64,000 nt of DNA from assembly GCA_016207025.1 (NCBI GenBank), contig JACQQM010000014.1:2815-66814 (forward strand), given 5' to 3'. Shown piece after piece: positions 58,442 to 64,000 of the stretch. The notes under the pieces were generated by a model that did not search any database, had not been told where the DNA came from, and saw only the letters and a program-made list of their open reading frames with translations. The DNA is from Nitrospirota bacterium (lineage in GTDB: Bacteria > Nitrospirota > Nitrospiria > Nitrospirales > Nitrospiraceae). The position numbers and the translations under genes are program-made. Position 1 is the first letter of the stretch, and the number at the start of each line of letters is the position of its first letter.

Positions 58442-59938
58442 ATGATGGCCGGCTCAGCGCTCGGCCGGCCCTCAGCAAAGGCGTTTCAGTTCGCGCTCGC
58501 CCTACTAGCCGCCGTGCTGTTGTGGAGCGGCTGCGCTTCCCCGCGCGCCCCCTCCGCCCGCCTCCCGTCGTACAGCGATCCGAACGTCGAAGCCCAAGCC
58601 CGACTGCTCCAGCATGCACGCGCGTATCACACGCAAGGCCGGTACGAGCAGGCAGCCAAGCTGCTCCGAAACTTCATTCACACTTACCCGCGGTCTCCGT
58701 TTCTGACGGATTCGCGGTGGTGGCTCGCCCGCGTGTATGAACGGACGGGCGATCTGAAGGCGGCCCTCGCCCAGTATCGCATGGTGGAGCAAGCGGCCAC
58801 GGAGGCAACCACCCTGCGACAGGTGCGCAGCCGCATCGCTGAACTGGAGACGCTGCTGGGAGCGTCGAGCCTGAAATCCAACGGGCTCACCGGGCTTATG
58901 ATCCCATCGCACCGCCTGCCGGCAGTCCCGGATCTGGAAGAATGGCTGCGCACCCTGGCTCGCGCTGGCGTGACCACGCTGGTCCTGGATGCCTGGACGC
59001 GGCACGGCGTCACCCCCGCCGGGGTCTATTTCCGGACGGACCGAGCACCTGTCAATTGGGACATCCTCGGCCGACTGGTGCCGCTCGCGCACCAGCACGG
59101 CCTGGCGGTCTTTGCGGCCGTGACGCTGCGGCGGATGAACTGGCTGGAGCCCCCGCTCCAATGGAACGATTCTGCCTACGATCCAAGTAGCCGCCAACTC
59201 CGGCCAACGCCATACCTGGACATCTTCAATCCGGCCTTTCAGGACCATCTCATCAGCCTGCTCACAGATCTTGCCGCCTCGGGGGTGGACGGCATGCTGT
59301 TCCGCAGTGACGCCCCGCTGGGTCCGACCGAGGGATTCAGCGCCTTCGGGTTGCAGGGGTTCGAGCGGGACTTTCACATTCAGCTTGATCCCCTCAGGCT
59401 CTCCTGGCTCCCGGAACAGGAGGACCCTGCAAGCCGGTCCCCAAAGGCGTTGACCGCTCCCAAGCCGCTTCCGGAGTCGGCGCCGGAGTTCTGGCGTTGG
59501 TCGGGTTGGAAGGCCCGGGAGACGTTGAAAGTCATGGACCGGCTCAGACGCGCGTTGCGCGGGGCCTCACCCAAGCTGCAATTCGCGTTGGAAATCCATC
59601 CGGAAGCCGTCACTGATCCGGTCGAAGCGCTGGTGCGGTACGGAGAAGATTTGCTGGAGGCCAAACGCGGCCGGTTCGATTGTTACGTCGCGGGCTCGGG
59701 ACTGTCGAACACCCCGTCCGTACCCGGATCACTCGGCCAGGCGCGTGAGAATGGGCCGGCGATCGCGGCGCGCATGCTCGAATTACTCGGCGAACCGGAG
59801 CGAATTTGGGTGGAGGTTCCGCTGCCGGCAGGCGACCTCGAACGGGTAGGGGAACGGCTAAACCCGGCATCGGATCAAGCCGCCATGACCAAAGGGATCG
59901 GCTTGATTTACCTAGGAAATTCGGTTTCGCTTCCTTGA
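58442..59938 (+). CDS. Lipoprotein with TPR region and glycoside-hydrolase-like (PgaB C-terminal/GHL-type) domain, function unknown
   Basis: Lipobox LLWSGC after ATG 58442 (alternative GTG 58382 overlaps the ndk stop). YbgF-like TPR (YHTQGRYEQAAKLL...). A TIM-barrel-like segment LVLDAWTRHG...GLAVFAAV...GVDGMLF. Confidence 0.45.
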   Translation: MMAGSALGRPSAKAFQFALALLAAVLLWSGCASPRAPSARLPSYSDPNVEAQARLLQHARAYHTQGRYEQAAKLLRNFIHTYPRSPFLTDSRWWLARVYERTGDLKAALAQYRMVEQAATEATTLRQVRSRIAELETLLGASSLKSNGLTGLMIPSHRLPAVPDLEEWLRTLARAGVTTLVLDAWTRHGVTPAGVYFRTDRAPVNWDILGRLVPLAHQHGLAVFAAVTLRRMNWLEPPLQWNDSAYDPSSRQLRPTPYLDIFNPAFQDHLISLLTDLAASGVDGMLFRSDAPLGPTEGFSAFGLQGFERDFHIQLDPLRLSWLPEQEDPASRSPKALTAPKPLPESAPEFWRWSGWKARETLKVMDRLRRALRGASPKLQFALEIHPEAVTDPVEALVRYGEDLLEAKRGRFDCYVAGSGLSNTPSVPGSLGQARENGPAIAARMLELLGEPERIWVEVPLPAGDLERVGERLNPASDQAAMTKGIGLIYLGNSVSLP

Positions 59939-60029
59939 CAAACAGGGTGCGCTGCACTACGATCCCGCACTGTTTAAGCACGACTTAAGCACGACCGCGG
60001 CGTACGTGAGTCATATTGACGAGGCGCAC

Positions 60030-60416
60030 ATGGAGCCAAAGGATCTCCGGTATCATCAGGAACACGAGTGGATTCGCGTGGAGGGCACGCAGGCCACCCT
60101 TGGCATCAGCAATTTCGCCCAGGAGGCGCTCGGCGACATCGTCTACATCGAGATGCCGAAGGTCGGCGTCACGGTCACAGCCGGGCAAGAGATTGGTGAG
60201 GTCGAATCCACGAAGACCACGTCCAGCATCTACACGCCCGTGAGCGGCACGATTGTTAAGGTCAATACCGATCTGAAAGACCATCCGGAAGTGGTCAATG
60301 CGGACCCCTATGGCCGGGGCTGGATCGCGCTCATCGAACTGTCCGAGCCGGCCCAGGTGGCCTCCTTGATGACTGCCGCGCAGTACGAAGCGTTTCTCGC
60401 GTCGCAGAAGAAATGA
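60030..60416 (+). CDS. gcvH: Glycine cleavage system H protein (lipoyl carrier)
   Basis: YHQEHEWIRVEG, and the lipoyl-Lys context GEVESTKTTSSIYTPVSG. Start at ATG 60030 after GAGG (the track's GTG 60006 is possible). Confidence 0.9.
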   Translation: MEPKDLRYHQEHEWIRVEGTQATLGISNFAQEALGDIVYIEMPKVGVTVTAGQEIGEVESTKTTSSIYTPVSGTIVKVNTDLKDHPEVVNADPYGRGWIALIELSEPAQVASLMTAAQYEAFLASQKK

Positions 60417-60483
60417 CGCGAGAATCTGTCGATTTGACGATCTGATGATCTGTTGATTGACTAAAAAATCCACAAATCAACAA

Positions 60484-61923
60484 ATGAACAAATCATCAAA
60501 TTCCCCGAGAATCGCCATTCTCGGCGCCGGTCCAGGCGGGTACGTGGCGGCCATCCGCGCGGCCCAGCTCGGCGCCCGCGTGACGGTCGTGGAGAACCAG
60601 GCGCTGGGCGGCGTCTGCCTGAACTGGGGCTGCATCCCTAGCAAAGCGCTGCTGGCCGTCGTGGAGCTCGGGGACAAGGCGAAGAAAGCGGCGGAGTTCG
60701 GGTTGAGGCTGGACGGCCCGATCGGCTACGACCTGGCGAGGATGGTGGGCCGGAAAAACAAGGTGGTAGAGGGCCTGGTCAAAGGCATTGCGACGCTGTT
60801 CAAAACCTGGGGGATCGAGCATCTGGACGGGACCGGCGAGCTGCTGGACGCGCGGACACTCCGTGTGGCCAGGCGAGACGGCACCGAGACCCGGGTTCAG
60901 GCCGATGCCCTCATCGTGGCCACCGGCTCCTCGTGGCCCAACCTGCCGCTGTTCCCGATCGACGGACAACAGATCATCACGAGCAAGGAGGCTCTCGACC
61001 TGACGGAGATTCCGGCCCGGCTCCTGATCATCGGCGCCGGTGTCGAGGGCTGCGAATTCGCCTCACTCTATAGCGGGCTCGGCACGCAGGTGACTATGGT
61101 CGAGCTGCTGCCCCGCATCCTGCCCCTTGAAGACGAAGAGATCGCAGCCTTCATGGACCGCGAGTTGAAGAAGCGGGGCGTCACGGTGCAGACCGGCACC
61201 ACCGTCGAGAAGCTGGAGCGCCAGATTGGGACGGTCACGGCCACGTTGAAAGACGGAACCGCGGTCGTGGCCGACAAGCTCCTGGTGTCGGTCGGCCGGG
61301 GCTTCAATTCCAAGGGGATCGGGCTCGAGAAGGCCGGGATTCGACTGGGCCCGCGAGAGGAGATCACGGTCAACGAGCGCCTGGAGACCAATGTGCCGGG
61401 GATCTACGCGATCGGGGATGTGGTCGGGAAGGCGATGCTCGCGCATGTCGCATCGGCGCAAGGGAAAGTGGCGGTCGCCAACATCATGGGGCATCCCCGC
61501 GAGATCAACTACGATGTGGTCCCGGCCGGCATCTTTACCCTGCCGGAGATCGGCCGAGTGGGCTTGACGGAGCAACAGGCGCGCGAGCGAAGCGCCAAGT
61601 TGGGCCGAAAGCCGGAGACTGCCATCAAGATCGGCCGGTTCCGGTACATGGGGTTGGGGAAAGCCCAGGGAGCCGGCGACACCACCGGCATGTTTAAGAT
61701 CATCGCGGAGGCCGGGACCGGTTCCATTTTAGGCGTCCACATCGTCGGCGCGCATGCGGCCGACCTGATCCACGAGGCCGCCCTGGCCATGCAACTGGGG
61801 GCGACAGCGGCCGCGGTGGCCGAGATGATTCACGCCCACCCGACGCTGTCCGAAGGCATCATGGAAGCGGCCGAGGACGTGGACGGGATGGCGATCCACC
61901 TCGCGCGCAAGCGGCAGGGGTAA
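60484..61923 (+). CDS. lpdA: Dihydrolipoyl dehydrogenase
   Basis: ILGAGPGGYVAAIRAAQLG, redox disulfide GGVCLNWGCIPSK, and C-terminal HAHPTLSE. The start is ATG 60484 or TTG 60457. Confidence 0.92.
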   Translation: MNKSSNSPRIAILGAGPGGYVAAIRAAQLGARVTVVENQALGGVCLNWGCIPSKALLAVVELGDKAKKAAEFGLRLDGPIGYDLARMVGRKNKVVEGLVKGIATLFKTWGIEHLDGTGELLDARTLRVARRDGTETRVQADALIVATGSSWPNLPLFPIDGQQIITSKEALDLTEIPARLLIIGAGVEGCEFASLYSGLGTQVTMVELLPRILPLEDEEIAAFMDRELKKRGVTVQTGTTVEKLERQIGTVTATLKDGTAVVADKLLVSVGRGFNSKGIGLEKAGIRLGPREEITVNERLETNVPGIYAIGDVVGKAMLAHVASAQGKVAVANIMGHPREINYDVVPAGIFTLPEIGRVGLTEQQARERSAKLGRKPETAIKIGRFRYMGLGKAQGAGDTTGMFKIIAEAGTGSILGVHIVGAHAADLIHEAALAMQLGATAAAVAEMIHAHPTLSEGIMEAAEDVDGMAIHLARKRQG

Positions 61924-61927
61924 TTCG

Positions 61928-62416
61928 ATGCTGCGGTCGCTGTGGATGAAGGCGGCCATGCTAGCGGCGACCGTCGCTGTCGTCATGTGGTTCGGCTGGC
62001 CGACACAGGACGCCTCTGACCCTGATTCCCCATCACAGGTTCCACAGGCGCAGGCTCAGCCGGAGTCCTCGGCCATCCCGGAGGACGAGTCTCTTTCGAC
62101 CGAGACTGTCTCCGGCGAGCAATCCACCCGGTCCCAGCAACCCGGTCGGGCAAGAGCTCTGTCCAGACTGGATCTCAACCGTGCGACGGTCGAGCAACTC
62201 CAGGCTCTGCCGGGCATCGGGGAAGTCCTGGCGCAACGGATTGTTGAACGGCGGCAGGCACGAGGTTCCTTCCGGACGGTGGATGAATTGCGGGATGTGA
62301 AGGGGATCGGTGCGAAAAAACTGGAGCGACTCCGGCCTCTGGTGACGGTCAGCACTCCGGCAAAGGCTTCGGGCGCATCTTCCAAAGATAAAGGCAAAGA
62401 TAAAGAGGTATTGTGA
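61928..62416 (+). CDS. comEA: ComEA-like helix-hairpin-helix DNA-binding protein
   Basis: N-terminal TM anchor, then [26 protein letters not shown]...[16 protein letters not shown] (tandem HhH). Confidence 0.8.
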   Translation: MLRSLWMKAAMLAATVAVVMWFGWPTQDASDPDSPSQVPQAQAQPESSAIPEDESLSTETVSGEQSTRSQQPGRARALSRLDLNRATVEQLQALPGIGEVLAQRIVERRQARGSFRTVDELRDVKGIGAKKLERLRPLVTVSTPAKASGASSKDKGKDKEVL

Positions 62417-63633
62417 GCGAAGTGACTCGCCAGATAGAGTTGATCCTCCGCGGAGCCGTGGAGGTCATCCAGCCCAGCGAACTGGAGGCCAAGCTCGCCC
62501 GGTCCCTGAAAGAGAAACACCCCTTGCGCGTGAAGGCCGGGTTTGATCCGACCGCCCCGGACCTGCACCTCGGCCACACCGTCCTGATCCACAAGCTGAA
62601 ACATTTTCAGGACCTAGGCCACCAGGTCATCTTTCTGATCGGCGATTTCACCGGCATGATCGGGGACCCCTCCGGCGTGTCCGAGACCCGGGCCGCGCTG
62701 ACGAAAGCCCAGGTGGAGGAAAACGCCAAGACCTACGAGCGGCAAATCTTCAAAATTCTGGATCGGAAGAAAACGACGGTGGAGTTCAACAGCCGGTGGA
62801 TGAACCCGATGAAGGCCGAGGCGATGATCCAGCTCAGCGCCCACTACAATGTGGCGCGCATGCTGGAGCGGGAGGACTTCCACAAACGCTACCACGAGGG
62901 GAAGCCGATCAGCATCCACGAGTTCCTGTATCCCTTGATCCAGGGCTATGATTCAGTCGCGCTCAAGGCCGATGTGGAGCTGGGCGGGACCGACCAGAAA
63001 TTCAATCTCCTAGTCGGCCGCGACTTGCAGCGGGACTTCGGGCAGGAGGCCCAGGTGGTGCTCACGACGCCCTTGCTGGAAGGGACCGACGGGGTCAAGA
63101 AGATGAGCAAAAGCCTCGGCAACTACATCGCGCTCGAGGACCGGCCGGAGGACATGTTCGGGAAGCTCATGTCCATCAGTGACACGCTCATGCTCCGGTA
63201 TTACGAACTCCTCACGACTGAGGATCTCACCCGGGTGAAGGCGATGCACCCAATGGAGGCCAAGCTGGCGCTCGCGGAGCAGATCGTCACGCGCTATCAT
63301 GGGACCAAGGCCGCCAATCAGGCGAAGGCCGGATTTCAGCAGAAGTTCCGCGAGCGCGAGTTTCCGGCTGAGCCTGATGCGCGTGTGACGCTGACGCAAG
63401 CCGATGTGAAGAATCCCGCTGCACCGGCGACGCTATTAGTAGACCTCGTGGCCCGAACGGGGCTCGTGCCCAGCAAAAGCGAAGCGCGGCGGCTGATCGC
63501 CCAGGGAGGGGTCGAGGTGGATGAGGAGAAGCGGACCGATCCCAACGCCAGCCTCATGTTGACGCCCGGGCATCAATACCGGTTGCGAATCGGTCGCAGA
63601 AAATTCGCGATCGTCGAGTTTCAACAGAAATGA
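62413..63633 (+). CDS. tyrS: Tyrosine--tRNA ligase
   Basis: HIGH-type motif PDLHLGH, KMSKS (KKMSKSLGN), and a C-terminal S4-like domain. GTGA overlap with comEA. Confidence 0.93.
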   Translation: MSEVTRQIELILRGAVEVIQPSELEAKLARSLKEKHPLRVKAGFDPTAPDLHLGHTVLIHKLKHFQDLGHQVIFLIGDFTGMIGDPSGVSETRAALTKAQVEENAKTYERQIFKILDRKKTTVEFNSRWMNPMKAEAMIQLSAHYNVARMLEREDFHKRYHEGKPISIHEFLYPLIQGYDSVALKADVELGGTDQKFNLLVGRDLQRDFGQEAQVVLTTPLLEGTDGVKKMSKSLGNYIALEDRPEDMFGKLMSISDTLMLRYYELLTTEDLTRVKAMHPMEAKLALAEQIVTRYHGTKAANQAKAGFQQKFREREFPAEPDARVTLTQADVKNPAAPATLLVDLVARTGLVPSKSEARRLIAQGGVEVDEEKRTDPNASLMLTPGHQYRLRIGRRKFAIVEFQQK

Positions 63634-63861
63634 GGCAGGATGGCCGGACCTGTTCTGCTCAGACGCTCCGGCTCGACCGTACTAAGCCTCCATCTGCTCG
63701 GCTGCGGAACTCGCCCCGTCAACAGGCTCGCCTAGACGGGGCTCAGACAGTCCTCGCCGTCCGCCTGCAGCGGACCGCATCTGTTCGGCAAGTGCGGTGA
63801 CCCGAGCCTCCACGATTCGCGATACAGGTCTCGGCCATCCCGCCAAGAGAAATTGTCATCC

Positions 63862-63890
63862 TTGACTTGGTGGGAGGCGGAGGGTAGGAT
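63862..63890 (+). promoter_or_regulatory. Promoter candidate for tRNA-Gly
   Basis: TTGACT (63862-63867), 17-nt spacer, TAGGAT (63885-63890). The -10 element ends 30 nt before the tRNA 5' end. Confidence 0.4.
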
Positions 63891-63920
63891 TCGAAGCATC
63901 CACATCAAAATTTAATAGGG

Positions 63921-63995
63921 GCGGGCGTAGCTCAGTGGTAGAGTCCTAGCTTCCCAAGCTAGTTGTCGCGGGTTCAACTCCCGTCGCCCGCTCCA
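63921..63995 (+). tRNA. tRNA-Gly (anticodon CCC), CCA encoded
   Basis: Hand-folded cloverleaf. Acceptor GCGGGCG/CGCCCGC, D arm GCTC-AGTGGTA-GAGT, anticodon arm CTAGC-TTCCCAA-GCTAG, T arm GCGGG-TTCAACT-CCCGT, discriminator T, then CCA. Confidence 0.9.
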
Positions 63996-64000
63996 ATAAA

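Noticed and set aside
59939-60029. Possible glycine riboswitch upstream of gcvH
   Set aside because: The gap is only ~90 nt and lacks the conserved glycine-aptamer features I would expect. No convincing structure was seen.
63634-63860. ~230-nt untranslated gap between tyrS and the tRNA-Gly promoter, examined for an sRNA or small ORF
   Set aside because: Only a short 7-bp hairpin (GCCCCGT...ACGGGGC) is present. There is no promoter-terminator pair and no SD-led ORF that I can support.

Overview
This is a 64-kb high-GC bacterial chromosomal segment. Its composition and protein sequences remind me of Nitrospira-type genomes, but that is an unverified guess. I count about 55 protein genes and one tRNA, and every gene except rsmI is on the + strand. 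All product calls come from motif recognition by eye, since no BLAST or HMM search could be run.

The window splits into three blocks:
- Block 1 (nt 1-16.2k) is housekeeping. It holds a TusA-like gene, rsmI, a NUDIX gene and a heme operon (ccsA/hemX-like, hemA, a small Zn-ribbon membrane gene, hemC, a cobA-hemD fusion, a CBS gene, hemB). These are followed by ribF, tilS, hpt, ftsH, folP and glmM.
- Block 2 (nt 16.2-56.7k) is accessory.
  - It opens with a single-gene TIR/SEFIR-like + NB-ARC + TPR STAND NTPase, a candidate antiphage or abortive-infection sensor and my top candidate for the novel system.
  - Next come two paralogous GspA/ExeA-like AAA ATPases bracketing comEC, and an HD-GYP protein.
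  - The rest is a ~31-kb, tightly translationally coupled glycan/exopolysaccharide locus. Its export and polymerisation genes are a Wza-like exporter with an odd C-terminal extension, a Wzc-like BY-kinase co-polymerase, a Wzy_C-type membrane protein and a Wzx-like flippase.
  - Its glycosyltransferases are six GT4, three GT2 (two of them fusions), two GT87/DUF2029 GT-C domains and a WecA/MraY-family initiating transferase.
  - Its remaining genes are five SAM-methyltransferase domains, an AsnB-like amidotransferase, a periplasmic split PHP protein and a WbqC/PIG-L/DegT cassette.
- Block 3 (nt 56.8-64k) is housekeeping: mtnA, ndk, a TPR lipoprotein, gcvH, lpd, comEA, tyrS and tRNA-Gly(CCC).

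I saw no CRISPR array, transposase, integrase, rRNA or exosortase.

Non-genic oddities:
- a consensus promoter with a 220-nt leader, and an SD-led uORF in frame with the second ATPase gene across a single TGA
- a ~31% GC island exactly at the domain junction of a GT2-GT87 fusion gene
- a C-rich/G-rich hairpin with a G-quadruplex motif between asnB and the next GT4 gene
- two AT-rich intergenic elements built from inverted arrays of 8-9-nt direct repeats
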